This document shows positions 19,701 to 28,390 of a stretch of 64,000 nucleotides of DNA, in pieces (position 1 is the first letter of the stretch; each line of letters starts with the position of its first letter). The notes beneath the pieces were generated by a model, which worked only from the letters and a program-made list of their open reading frames with translations, made no database searches and was not told the DNA's origin. The stretch covers positions 1,706 through 65,705 of the forward strand of contig JAMCRO010000019.1 in the NCBI GenBank assembly GCA_023380615.1. The letters are read 5' to 3'. Made by a program: the position numbers and the translations under genes. The stretch comes from Candidatus Parvarchaeota archaeon. GTDB lineage: Archaea; Nanobdellota; Nanobdellia; Parvarchaeales; Parvarchaeaceae.

Positions 19701-20527
19701 ATGCCGTTAAGATAAACTGCTAAATTGGAATTTAAGTCCTCTTCCGTCCCTTGATAGATTCCATAAAGATTTCCGTGGCCCCAATAAGGCTGATTATTTT
19801 CTTGTATACTTGAATCATTAACTGATATCGGGACATACTCTAACCCATCACCACCGTCATTTGAGCTAACATCGGTATTGTTCTCTTCAAGAATTCCTGG
19901 AGTAACTAAAAATTTGCTCTGAATTGTTGAGCCATTTATTATTTCAAGCCCGTTATCAACAAATAAATTTGAGGGAGAGCCACTGACTATACTCCATTTA
20001 CTTGTATTCAAACTAGTTCCTTTAAAGTTATCATAGAAATTGAATACATTAGCACCATCATCATACTCCCCATAAGCTTGGGAAAGCTGCGGATCTTCAC
20101 CAGTTGTCTTATTGTTGAATAGATTAGTATCATTAGGTGCAAATCCTATCGCTATATCATTTAAAGTCGTGTTTGCAGGTATTCCGTTCGGCAATTTGAT
20201 CCAGAATATTGCATATTTAGCAGTGTAACTCTCCAGCCAGCTGTCTATTATCGCTCCACTAGTTGTATTAAAAAACTCCACGTTCTGGAAGGAATACTTC
20301 CCAGTTTGATTTATGTACTTGCTGTTTGTTGAATTTATCGTTAAATTAATCATCTGCTGGAAAGGACTGGTAGTAGATACATTTTGCGAATTAGTTATGT
20401 GAATAAGTGAAAAGTATAATATGGAAGAGGAAAAAGCATGGGAACTGCCAATAAAAATTAAGGATACGCAAAGAATGATGAAAAAAGCAATAATGGAGTA
20501 AATACTCTTTGTTTTTATCTGTACCAT
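13787..20527 (-). CDS. Giant type-I surface glycoprotein (2246 aa): signal peptide, two DUF2341-like modules, Ig-like KAxP...GNxNY repeats, PGF-pre-PGF-like domain, C-terminal TM and basic tail
   Basis: FQQM..SWLES..WIKL..GExP..YPPxGxMP twice; 8 GN(Q/E/D)NY repeats; SPGFSQY; many sequons; terminal hydrophobic helix plus KRRK. Confidence 0.9.
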   Translation of the reverse strand: MVQIKTKSIYSIIAFFIILCVSLIFIGSSHAFSSSILYFSLIHITNSQNVSTTSPFQQMINLTINSTNSKYINQTGKYSFQNVEFFNTTSGAIIDSWLESYTAKYAIFWIKLPNGIPANTTLNDIAIGFAPNDTNLFNNKTTGEDPQLSQAYGEYDDGANVFNFYDNFKGTSLNTSKWSIVSGSPSNLFVDNGLEIINGSTIQSKFLVTPGILEENNTDVSSNDGGDGLEYVPISVNDSSIQENNQPYWGHGNLYGIYQGTEEDLNSNLAVYLNGIFGLWWLSNGDVYGYHNNVEMGSTTITNIPYSESYVGLYAGVKSGTGTGYAYYTWVLSRAYPPKGIMPSILIGKIQKINYTLNLNQVANSNSTIIYGVESNFTALSRNSSVFVRLFINNIKVTNYSKNSTTYLKYFSAGLYKVTAQYNSTSVQNSTYYEEINKAVPNMQLYSLPSDNYTQNGTYLRFNSSIYSLNNQLTAKFYLNKTNKVNTSTASDYNVSDLPNTYLAVLNTTGNQNYTAYSLSLAREIYTVSLYLNGALNSNSTITYGTESNFTAKLPVGYVRLFINNTKVTNYSKNSTQYIKYLAAGLYKITANTNLSGGENVSFYEKINKAVPSISIESSTGNFTYNGDSLNLTGLISTLNSQLTANDYINGKFFATTNTHKSYLNATAGTYKMIFNTTGNQNYTAYSTAKEVIISKAAPSYSLSGQSFTYDGKTTNISATISTVNNQLSATLYVKGVAFSTFNQDSSIYRNATAGSYSTELTSSGNENYSSFTYIETFTISKAEPSMECSDSPLVFLYNGSYFKLTCNISSFNNQLLGNLYLNNLTINSSKSSVSYKNNKVGSYTFIFKAGNENYSEKEINLSNSILGNLSFSLPLIKYFFPITISNYQSISAPSPFQQMVNINSSNLLWSYINHSGQATSQNLEFVYGNGTVIPSWLESDNTLSLSGYNFSTGSTSASTNLPSADYYLCAGGDGNGALSSHSWTDLTSADNYASLGIQNSSTCSDSSGASDIIVGGIALDQKYISYQATNYSSVTSFSSKFKVPIGSTDTILLGSCGFYSCNSIDLPPGCSELFFKSGGDNYETVFAAECQLNPGNYTLSGSLSGSGYVSLGAFYYKSNDLVYWIKLGSIPAGSSKSIYAAIAPNSTNLFNGNTVGEAPNLSKTYGEYDNGVDVFNNYWNFAGSSLPSGWTYYNAEPTINNGLDFANPDELIETTSTYPVNNILEGYAMYPTGLTANMGFGYIVSTSSNSYTIDTLWLQVGSSSGDAYSGIIDNLGDSNNFMTVKSGSDSEFGSASSGILSVVSTGSEAYGYDGYNLVYSDTNYVAPSGNYYIAIGSGGTSGLKIQWLRTRTYPPNGVMPLVEFGSEINVPKLSINNIIGNISGVYGNKSNITANDNSSNGIRILINNKAITSYHKENTTYFNYISGGLNKITVEENLSNSSNYINVTYYANISKKAISQSLTVYPNGSFYYDGIAPVITDKLNESLINGNIINYSLLNSSVYVTSLLSKNNLVNFSNISGKYASAGDYLFKVISNGNENYTIINTSEIMVNISKAHPILSIYTTPSVNYSNNETSLIFHFKISTINSQLLSNFYINNTLENTSVINGTYNASYQPNIFVAKLNTSGNENYTLFSIQKTMQIKLGKLYLYLNGFESNLTTTYPKSLNVSAYSTPSTLPINLYINNTFTASSNGSLHYLKNLAAGFYKITITTNSSGIANVSFYQKIDKAVPKLVLSPYYTSQIYDGSGIPVNLSISSVNNQLYYQLYINSAISFTDNSNVTYTTNASAGSYNIKLFSPGNQNYSGISISTALKIEKAQPILKLALTPDKSFYYNGTPLYLYGTAYSFNNQLSANLYINNQLKGKGYNINYSSSAPIKYGIVFETLGNDNYSSAFENFNLTIMNVTSRSLLTSKTKLFNQSVLNTVFNVSRLNYKEQVQAFRLFPSYNLSIPLPYNVTPVNELSMPVLSNLNGSVFTIYSTKNSSCFGNALSGVLYSFNDSVTANEGNFGEVTYLFSLHKNALSANNIGIKNISLYRCSETKHNWQEIPTFLVNANSTNANYKAVSPGFSQYVIAEGSSLSSAENSSLTVEYVYENGLPSNYRWNATINNVTLQSISGSPILTLVPYGQFKIRFYNLSSHTSNATYSCNVMYTPNIPSNSSLLGIAGIPVTVNYSVSTACIARQKPAFYTPLIEFKGEIIIAVVLIVALIFIMLFYSKRRKIKTRGIQVKKKRKGAVNKKRYRNKH
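18801..19366. repeat. Near-identical intragenic direct repeat (about 54 bp at 18801-18854 and 19313-19366) encoding VRLFINNxKVTNYSKNST
   Basis: gttgaatttttaga.tagtttgtaactttt...ttgtttatgaaaag.cttaca occurs at both positions. Confidence 0.75.
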
Positions 20528-20638
20528 ATTACTATTAATAATACTCTCACAAATAAGTAAAGAAAATTAACTATTTAACGTTATAATATTCAAACTTCCA
20601 TAATTAATATTTTTATAATAAGCTATACAATTATTAGA

Positions 20639-23359
20639 ATGGACCTAAGTAAAAACATACTGATAAAAGCCAATCCAGGCACAGGAAAAACTACTTCGTT
20701 GGCCGACAGAGTCATAGATCTTATAAAAAATGGTGTGAGTGAAAATGATATACTTTGTTTAACCTTTACCAATAAAGCGGTAGATGAAATGTTTGAAAAA
20801 ATCAGCCAAAAACTAAAGGAAAACAATTTAGAAGTTTCAAGGATAAACAGTATAACAATTTCTACCTTCCACAGTTTCTGCAATTCATATTTTTCAGAGC
20901 AGGGCAAGGAATTCAAACTTGTTAAGAACAATTTTATAAGGTTTTCAATATTCAAGAGTTTTGAAAACAACAATGCCTTCAATTATGACAGGGATTACGT
21001 GATACAGGAATTAGTTCCGAAAGTAGAGAATGCAATAAGGTACATAAAAAGCTTCGGAATAACTCCCGATGAAATAAACGTAAAAATGACCAAAGAAGAA
21101 CTGATAAACAAGTCATTTTTAGAGAACATGAGCAGTGTAACCGTAGAAGAAATCCTGGCTTTCCTTGGCTATTTCGTAACGGCTTTCAAGGATTATGAAA
21201 TGGAAAAAGGAGAAACGAACATTGATTACAATGATCTTTTGAAGAGGTTTTTACTAGAGTATGATCCATTGAAAAAGCATTACAGATATGTTCTTGTTGA
21301 CGAATTACAGGATCTAAACGATGTAGAGGCAGAAATAGCTAGGCTTTTGGGGGATTACCTGTTCCTTGTTGGAGACAGAAAACAGGCTATCTTTGGTTTT
21401 CAAGGGGGCAGCCTAAAAAATTTCATTGAATTCCAGAAACTAAGCAATTTAGAGCAGCTGACAAAAGGCCTTAACTACAGAAGTTACAGCGAAATCCTTG
21501 GCTATTCAAAGCAGTATTTTCTCAGTAAAACGAAGGATAAAAGCTATGAGGATGAGTTAAGTGACTTTAAAAGCAATAAAGGCTCCGGCGGCAGCGTAAA
21601 ACAGCTGATAGGAAACAACACGGATGACATAGCCGTAAAACTTGCCATGGATCTTGTCTCTCAAGGTAAGAATACAGCAATAATAACAAGAACTAATGAA
21701 CAAATAATAAGCATTTCCCGTATTTTGGACTCTAAAAACGTGAAATACGCAACGACCGCAAGCGCTTCTGTCTCAACAAGGGCAAAGAATTCCATAATTG
21801 ATTATTTGAAGGGGATATTCAATGCCGATGAAAAAGACATTCTAAAGGCCCTGTTTACTCCATTTTCTGGCGTTTCTCTAAAGACTGCATTTGAAATCGA
21901 AGAAAAGTACAGGAAAAAGGAAATAGGCATGAATGAGGTAAAGAGACTTGCAAAGCCTTTTTTTGACAGGAAGGCCGCTGCAGAGCTGAATATCTTCAAT
22001 GTAAACAAGCTTTTCAATGAAACTATATTTCCGATATCCGTTGCCTTAGACAATGACTATTACATAAGCGCAGCGGCAATATTTGAAAACATAAACCAGT
22101 ACATGGACGGCAATGAACTACCGAGCCTTTCAGACATGCTTGTGTACCTCTACACTGCAGAAGACAGTTACGAATCAAATGATAAACAGGAAAAGCTGGT
22201 ACTTACAACCGTTCATAAGGCAAAAGGGCTAGAATTCGACAATGTCATATACATTCCAAAAAAACAGAACAATAAAACAAGCTTCATTGATTTGGTAACT
22301 AATTCTATAATCAAACAGACAAAGGAGATAGATGTTAGGGAGGAATTGGCGGAAGAAAGCATAAGGGTGGATTTTGTTGCGTTTACAAGGGCAAAGGAGA
22401 ATCTCTTTGTTGTAACCCCACCTGCACTTTCTGAGGATTACTATATTGAAGGTTTCATTGAAAAAAGCATTGCAGAAATGGAAGACGAACCTGCTCCTTT
22501 CAAGAAAAAATACGCTGAAGCGTATTCTCTTTTTGTTAACAAGGAATATGATGCAGCAAAGGCTTTACTTGAAGAAAATGATAAATGGCTAGTAAATAAG
22601 ATAAACGGCTATTTCAGCCAGCTTAAAAGCATATCATTTTCACTGCTGGATGCAATGTCAGATCCATTAAACTTTATAAAAACAAAGGTTTTGAAAATAA
22701 GCGAAGTGACAGAAAGCACAAAATTTGGTTCGAAAGCACATAAAATAGCGGAGGACTACTTCAAACACACATTAAAAGAAGAGGAATTGGATGAAACCCA
22801 GAAAAAAATCCTGCAGAACATAATAAGCATTATGGAAGAGATAAAAAGGAAATACAATGCAGTAGAAGTAGATGCTGAAAAAACGGTTGAAATGCCACTT
22901 GAAGCCGTATTTTCTGACATAAAAATCGATTTAAGGGTCTCTGCAAAGCTTGATGCCGTGTTCCTTAACAAGGAAAAGAACAAATTCCTGATAATAGACT
23001 TTAAAACGGATAGATCTGATGACCAGGGATCAAAGCACAGAAGACAGCTTGCTCTTTACCGCAGGCTTTTTGCAATAGAAAAGAAGATTAATGAAAAAGA
23101 CATAGATACTGCAATAGCATACATAAACTTAACAGGAAAGATAAACACCGGAAAATTTGAATATGAATTGGACACACAGAAAATAAAGGATATGCAGATA
23201 GATACTGTCAAGAAGCACATTATGCAGCTTTTGGAATACAAAAGTAATCCAGAGAAATTGATCGAGAAGGCAACTGAAAAGTATTATTATTCTGACAGTT
23301 TAAACGATGAAATATTCAAGAAGTTAAAGGAAGAGTACGAACATTCTAAAGCAGTATGA
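20639..23359 (+). CDS. UvrD/PcrA-like SF1 helicase fused to a C-terminal PD-(D/E)XK nuclease
   Basis: ANPGTGKTT, TFTNKA, VDELQD, VGDRKQAIFGFQG, TVHKAKGLEF, VAFTRAK; C-terminal LDAVF..IIDFKT..QLALY. Confidence 0.92.
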   Translation: MDLSKNILIKANPGTGKTTSLADRVIDLIKNGVSENDILCLTFTNKAVDEMFEKISQKLKENNLEVSRINSITISTFHSFCNSYFSEQGKEFKLVKNNFIRFSIFKSFENNNAFNYDRDYVIQELVPKVENAIRYIKSFGITPDEINVKMTKEELINKSFLENMSSVTVEEILAFLGYFVTAFKDYEMEKGETNIDYNDLLKRFLLEYDPLKKHYRYVLVDELQDLNDVEAEIARLLGDYLFLVGDRKQAIFGFQGGSLKNFIEFQKLSNLEQLTKGLNYRSYSEILGYSKQYFLSKTKDKSYEDELSDFKSNKGSGGSVKQLIGNNTDDIAVKLAMDLVSQGKNTAIITRTNEQIISISRILDSKNVKYATTASASVSTRAKNSIIDYLKGIFNADEKDILKALFTPFSGVSLKTAFEIEEKYRKKEIGMNEVKRLAKPFFDRKAAAELNIFNVNKLFNETIFPISVALDNDYYISAAAIFENINQYMDGNELPSLSDMLVYLYTAEDSYESNDKQEKLVLTTVHKAKGLEFDNVIYIPKKQNNKTSFIDLVTNSIIKQTKEIDVREELAEESIRVDFVAFTRAKENLFVVTPPALSEDYYIEGFIEKSIAEMEDEPAPFKKKYAEAYSLFVNKEYDAAKALLEENDKWLVNKINGYFSQLKSISFSLLDAMSDPLNFIKTKVLKISEVTESTKFGSKAHKIAEDYFKHTLKEEELDETQKKILQNIISIMEEIKRKYNAVEVDAEKTVEMPLEAVFSDIKIDLRVSAKLDAVFLNKEKNKFLIIDFKTDRSDDQGSKHRRQLALYRRLFAIEKKINEKDIDTAIAYINLTGKINTGKFEYELDTQKIKDMQIDTVKKHIMQLLEYKSNPEKLIEKATEKYYYSDSLNDEIFKKLKEEYEHSKAV

Positions 23360-23550
23360 TAGGAAGAGAGGATATATTTTATGCCTTCTTTGCAGGGATT
23401 GCTTCGCTTGTAGCTGCATTCATAATAATCTTTCTTGTCGCTCCAAGCCGGTTCGAAAACAATCCGTCCTTGCTTTCCATATCTTTTATAATAGTAATCG
23501 AAGTAGTTGTTTTCTTTTCCTTCTTTTTTGCGATGCGCAGATACAGTTAA
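23356..23550 (+). CDS. Small 2-TM membrane protein
   Basis: ATGA overlap with the helicase stop; two hydrophobic helices. Confidence 0.6.
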   Translation: MIGREDIFYAFFAGIASLVAAFIIIFLVAPSRFENNPSLLSISFIIVIEVVVFFSFFFAMRRYS

Positions 23551-24026
23551 TCCTTTTCACTGTAATTCATTTTTAATCCGTTGTTTCTTTCACTGTAATC
23601 ATCATTTCCTTTGAGTTTAGATGCGTATTTGTTTATGGAGGTATACAAACTATCTGACACTTTGTCGTATTTATCAAGCAGGTAATCCTTTATCCTTGAA
23701 AGATAGCTTACTTTTCCGGATTCAAAGAACTTGTCCATCCTATATTTCTCTGCTATGTTGTTCCATGCTGCTTTGTTGTATATGCTTAAAAGCTTCTTTT
23801 CTTCATCTGAATTTGCCTCTCCTATCTTTGTGCCAACAAAGTAAATCAACTCTCTCGGGGTATAACCGTCTATCTGTTTGACCATATAACTGGCGTATTT
23901 ATCCAGCTGGTTTTCCTTTATCCTGCTGTTCTTGAGTTTTTCAAATGTGTTGTAAAGTCCGTAATAACCGCTGTTTCCTATGCTTTTTGGTCCTTTTTCA
24001 TTTTTTAAAATATCATTTAGTTTCAT
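23547..24026 (-). CDS. Hypothetical Lys-rich protein
   Basis: ORF with GGTGA SD before ATG 24026 and a TATA box upstream. Confidence 0.65.
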   Translation of the reverse strand: MKLNDILKNEKGPKSIGNSGYYGLYNTFEKLKNSRIKENQLDKYASYMVKQIDGYTPRELIYFVGTKIGEANSDEEKKLLSIYNKAAWNNIAEKYRMDKFFESGKVSYLSRIKDYLLDKYDKVSDSLYTSINKYASKLKGNDDYSERNNGLKMNYSEKD

Positions 24027-24080
24027 ATTTTTCACCTTTCTTTATTTAGATGATAACTAGTATTTAAAGCTTTGTATCAC

Positions 24081-25550
24081 TTAAGAGTGGCTATTTTTAA
24101 CTTTCTCTGCCATATTCTCATTTCCTCTTGTAAGAGAAAGAACAGCCGCTATTATAAGCATCGCTATAAGAAATACAAATGAAAAGTGCATACCCGTTAC
24201 AAATCCCTTTGTTATTCCGCCTATTAATTTAGATGTCCCTACAAATATTTCAAATGCTAGATACCTGGGAATTGCCAAAGTTGCAGCTACTATTACTATT
24301 ATAAAACTACCCATTATCCCCATGCTTCCAAATAGCCTTAAAACACCGGAGGCTGTGCCGAACCTGCCTGCTTCACTGCTTTTCATTACCGCACTGTTGT
24401 TAGCTGGCCAGAACATGGCGCCTCCAAAACCGGTTATTGCAGAACCGATAAGTACTATATACACGCTGGATGTAGCAGTCAGTGCAAAATAGACTGTTAT
24501 GCCTGCTATCATTATCAAAAGGCCAAGAGTTGCAAGCAGTCTTGCACCGTACTTATCGGAATACCGTCCCATAAATGGAGAAAGCACTCCGCTTAGTACG
24601 TAACCTGGAAGAAGTAGCAAGGAAGCATCAAATGGACTTAACCCCCTAACACCCTGCAAATACATTATAAGCATAAATGCCACACCCATAAATCCAAGGC
24701 CCTGAAACATGGATGCTAAAACAGAATTCTTGAATACTTTGTTCTTGAACATTGAAAACTTTATTACAGGATTTACAAAGATCTTTTCCCTGAAATAAAA
24801 CGGAATCAGAAGTATGAAACCTACTACAAGAATTGAAGTATTTATGTAATTTATTCCAACGGATGCTATCCTTACGCCCGCGTACAATATCATTGAAAGC
24901 GTTATCCCTAAAAGGCCCATTCCTGCCATATCAAGCTTTTCATGCTCTCTTTTATCGTCTTTTATGTATTTGAGAGCAAGAACCAAAAGAACTATCCCTA
25001 TTGGGACATTAATGAAAAAGATGTATCTATACCCTATGAAGGTGGTTATGATTCCTCCGAGGACTATTCCAAGCATTGCACCGACATTCCAGCCCATACC
25101 TGTAAAGCCGTATGCCTTGCCAAGTCTTTCCCTTCTGAATGTATCGGCTATTATTGCCCCGCTGTTTGCAGTCATCATTGCACCGCCTATGGCCTGAAAA
25201 CCCCTGAATATGATTAAAGTAATGTCTGTCGGGGCAATTCCGCACATAAAGGAAAAAACAGTAAATATCGCTATGCCGGAATTAAATACTCTTGACCTCC
25301 CGAAAATATCCCCTATCCTACCAAGCTGGGTGGCTGCGACTGCAGTAACAAGAAGGTATATAAGGATTACCCAGATTATGGTCGAAAGGTTAGAGTGGAG
25401 GGTCTGAGTTATTGCCGGAAAAGCAAGCAGAACTATTGTAGAGTCTATGGAGGCCATCAATACGCTTATTACGAGAACGGAAAGAATCAGGTTCTCGTTT
25501 TTAAAACTGCCATTTATGTCTAAATCTTTGACAGCTCCATTGGATTTCAT
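24081..25550 (-). CDS. MFS drug:H+ antiporter (DHA2/EmrB-like, 14 TM)
   Basis: DSTIV.LAFP, GRIGDIFGR, RGFQAIGGA, FFINVPIG, GRYSDKYGAR. Confidence 0.93.
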   Translation of the reverse strand: MKSNGAVKDLDINGSFKNENLILSVLVISVLMASIDSTIVLLAFPAITQTLHSNLSTIIWVILIYLLVTAVAATQLGRIGDIFGRSRVFNSGIAIFTVFSFMCGIAPTDITLIIFRGFQAIGGAMMTANSGAIIADTFRRERLGKAYGFTGMGWNVGAMLGIVLGGIITTFIGYRYIFFINVPIGIVLLVLALKYIKDDKREHEKLDMAGMGLLGITLSMILYAGVRIASVGINYINTSILVVGFILLIPFYFREKIFVNPVIKFSMFKNKVFKNSVLASMFQGLGFMGVAFMLIMYLQGVRGLSPFDASLLLLPGYVLSGVLSPFMGRYSDKYGARLLATLGLLIMIAGITVYFALTATSSVYIVLIGSAITGFGGAMFWPANNSAVMKSSEAGRFGTASGVLRLFGSMGIMGSFIIVIVAATLAIPRYLAFEIFVGTSKLIGGITKGFVTGMHFSFVFLIAMLIIAAVLSLTRGNENMAEKVKNSHS

Positions 25551-25602
25551 GTGTTACACCATCTTAATATTGATATATAAACTATTCTATTCGTCATTAA
25601 AT

Positions 25603-26067
25603 TTATTTAAGCAGAGCCTTCAAATTATCTATGGTCTGGTTTACTACATCGGTTACTGCCTGGTTTACTACATCTTCCCCGAAAAGCTTTGCCATCCTGC
25701 CAAGTTCTATCTCAGCTTTCCAGTCTATTTTAGTAGATGAATCCTGTGCGCTTAAATCAATGTAAAGAGCAAGGGAAAACTTCAAGCCGATTGTGGAACC
25801 GTCTCCCTGTATTAGTATATGCTTATTTTCCTGCTTTTCCTTCAATTGTGCTGAAAATTTGATGTTAAGATTAGAAAGATAGCTGGCGCCAAGGAACTTT
25901 GAAGTGTATTTTTTTGCATCTGCCTTGAATGACAGCTGAAAGTTATCCCCGTTCACTTCCGTGGAAACTACATTAGGCAGGCATTTTGCAAATTTGTTTG
26001 CGTCTGAAACTATACCCCAAACCTTCTCAGCATTATAATCTACAGTAAAACTTCCCTTCATTTCCAT
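25603..26067 (-). CDS. CoxG/SRPBCC-family protein coupled to glpA
   Basis: MEMKGSFTV..AEKVW..VSD...AKCLP pattern; starts immediately after the glpA stop. Confidence 0.8.
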   Translation of the reverse strand: MEMKGSFTVDYNAEKVWGIVSDANKFAKCLPNVVSTEVNGDNFQLSFKADAKKYTSKFLGASYLSNLNIKFSAQLKEKQENKHILIQGDGSTIGLKFSLALYIDLSAQDSSTKIDWKAEIELGRMAKLFGEDVVNQAVTDVVNQTIDNLKALLK

Positions 26068-26068
26068 A

Positions 26069-27373
26069 TCAGCTAAACAACCCCCTTGAATACAGCAAAT
26101 CCATTGCATTCGAATACATGTCAGAATAGGTTTTACCCGCGGATTCGCTTATAATTTCGGAAAGAAAACCTTTGCTTAACGATAACGACTTTGCCATATC
26201 ATCAATGTTTTCGCTGTTAATCTGCGGCCAGTAAAGCTTTATCTTATCAGTCTTTGATTCGGTTTTGTTACCCATCTTATTTCCGATAAAATCGCCGATT
26301 TCCTTTGCCATTATCCTTGAAGTACTTAATTTCCCTCCGACTATGCTTATTATTCCGTTTACATTGTCTGTAGCAGAATGATCGAATATCTTGAAGTCCC
26401 TGCTTGCCTTCCTGCTGTCATCGTTTTCTCCTGCGGCTATCAACGGCCTTACACCTGCATAGTACCTATAAACGGGATAATTTGCAAGAATTGGCAGCAT
26501 TTCGCTTCCTGCCTTCTGAAGAAAACTTATATCCTCTTTATCGACGTCAAATTTCTCAGGGTCATCAACGATAAATGCAGTGGTTCCTATAATTGAATCG
26601 TTGAAGAAAGGCACGACTATATCGCCATCGGAAGGCTCCCTTAACCTGTTCATTATGTGCTTTGTGAACCTTCTGTTTATTACTGCCATTGTACCTGCTG
26701 AAAGTATCATTTCTATGCTTTTTATTCCCAATTTTTCATCTATAAGTTTTGATGCCCATGCTCCGCTTGCATTTACAACCAAATCTGCTTTCAGTTCACT
26801 GCTTTGTCCGGTAGTGTTATTTTTTATTTTAACGCCCTTTACGTCATTTCCTTCTTTTATAAATTCAGATACCTCTGTGTTCAACAAAACCTTTGCAGAT
26901 TCCCTTTTTGCAGTCAGAAGTAAACTTGTTATGAATCTGAATGAGTTTATCACCTTATCAGGTACTCTGTAGGCTGCTTTCACTGAACTGTTGAGAAAAG
27001 GCTCTTCTTTCAAAACGGATTCTATGCTTAGCGGTTCTATAGGGATATTAGATTGTTTGCATCCATTTTCAAATTTGCTTTGAAAAGAAAGGTCTTCTTC
27101 GTTCAAAGCCACGAATAGGCCGCCAGTATTTTCTATGCAGAACGGAGCTATATCAGAAATAACTTTGTTATCCGCTATGCTTTCCTGCGCTGCCTTAACG
27201 TCATTCATTGCATACCTTGCACCGCTGTGAAGCATTCCATGAAATCTTCCGCTTGTTCCCCCGATGATATTGCCTTTTTCTACCACTGTAACGTCGAAGC
27301 CGCGACTAGCAAGATCATGTGTAATGAAAGAACCTGTTGCGCCTGCACCTATTACTATTACTTTGCTCGTCAT
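26069..27373 (-). CDS. glpA: FAD-dependent glycerol-3-phosphate dehydrogenase, short GlpA type (434 aa)
   Basis: VIGAGATG, GTSGRFHGMLHSGARYA, PSDGDI, IIGTT, AGVRPL, GGKLST.R. Confidence 0.9.
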   Translation of the reverse strand: MTSKVIVIGAGATGSFITHDLASRGFDVTVVEKGNIIGGTSGRFHGMLHSGARYAMNDVKAAQESIADNKVISDIAPFCIENTGGLFVALNEEDLSFQSKFENGCKQSNIPIEPLSIESVLKEEPFLNSSVKAAYRVPDKVINSFRFITSLLLTAKRESAKVLLNTEVSEFIKEGNDVKGVKIKNNTTGQSSELKADLVVNASGAWASKLIDEKLGIKSIEMILSAGTMAVINRRFTKHIMNRLREPSDGDIVVPFFNDSIIGTTAFIVDDPEKFDVDKEDISFLQKAGSEMLPILANYPVYRYYAGVRPLIAAGENDDSRKASRDFKIFDHSATDNVNGIISIVGGKLSTSRIMAKEIGDFIGNKMGNKTESKTDKIKLYWPQINSENIDDMAKSLSLSKGFLSEIISESAGKTYSDMYSNAMDLLYSRGLFS

Positions 27374-27466
27374 AATTAATCAATAAACAGTGATAGCTTA
27401 AATATTTGAATCATTTTAAGAAAGACAGGTTATAGTTTAGTAAAAACTTTTTTCTGTAAAGCCCAG

Positions 27467-28183
27467 TTAATCAACTAATTTAATGTAAAGACGTTTATTC
27501 TGTTTTCCCTTGTTTTCAAAGCTTTCCAATGTGATATGCCCGACTTCTTTTGTGTTTTTAACATGTGTTCCGCCATCCATCTGCTCGTCAAGTCCAGAAA
27601 TCTCTATTACGCGTATAATGTCCAGCGTATTCATCAATTCCTTACCGGGCTGTGTTCTAACAAGATTCTTATTTGATGCTTCTTCCTTCGTTAGGAACTT
27701 TACGTTTACTTCATGACCTTCATTTATAACAGAATTTGCCTTTTCTATAATACCGGATGCCAGTTCTTTTGTCAAGCCATCCATGCTTATGTCAATCCTT
27801 GCCCTGTCATCGTATATCTGATTGCCGGTTATAAGGCTTGAATTATAATCCCGTTCTAGCACACCGTCGATTATATGAATGGCGGTATGCAGCTTCATGT
27901 GTTCATACCTTTTGGCCCAGTCAATGATTTCTTTTACGTCATCCCCTTCATTTGCATCTATTGGCCTGTCCAACAGCAAAACTATGTTTTCTCCGTCTTT
28001 TTTAATACCATTGACAAGATATTCATTTTCATTGTGCAGTACCTTTCCGCTGTCGGCAGGTTGGCCCCCTCCATTGGGATAAAAAACGTCAACATCTACT
28101 GTAATTTCACTGCCGTTTATGTTTGTTATTTTTGCGTTTGCTTCTCTTAAATAAGAATCCTTAAGATACAATTTTTCTGTCAT
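27467..28183 (-). CDS. alaXM: Free-standing alanyl-tRNA editing protein AlaX-M
   Basis: LYLKDSYL, FYPNGGGQP.D.G, HTAIH, GGTHV.NT.EVG. Confidence 0.9.
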   Translation of the reverse strand: MTEKLYLKDSYLREANAKITNINGSEITVDVDVFYPNGGGQPADSGKVLHNENEYLVNGIKKDGENIVLLLDRPIDANEGDDVKEIIDWAKRYEHMKLHTAIHIIDGVLERDYNSSLITGNQIYDDRARIDISMDGLTKELASGIIEKANSVINEGHEVNVKFLTKEEASNKNLVRTQPGKELMNTLDIIRVIEISGLDEQMDGGTHVKNTKEVGHITLESFENKGKQNKRLYIKLVD

Positions 28184-28390
28184 AGCATCAAAATAAGACT
28201 TAATTCTATAAATAATTGAAAATAACGGAATTTTTACATTTAGTTTTACTAATTATATCAATCAAAAATGTTTAAAAGTAAAAAAAGAAGCTTCTTAGCA
28301 GTAAAAAATGGAAGTTATTGGATAAACATTTATTCGAAGAACCGATAGTAATACTAAACGTATTAATATCTGTTAAATTCTAGATTAAAT

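Noticed and set aside
20639-23359. Helicase-nuclease fusion as a Cas4 or defence module
   Set aside because: Common UvrD-PD(D/E)XK architecture, no Fe-S cysteines and no defence context
27467-28183. AlaX Zn motif reads DGGTH instead of CGGTH
   Set aside because: As I recall, Asp at this position is a common AlaX-M variant, so it is not evidence of novelty
28285-28296. 12-bp palindrome AAGAAGCTTCTT in a divergent intergenic region
   Set aside because: Single low-complexity instance with no second copy or nearby regulator
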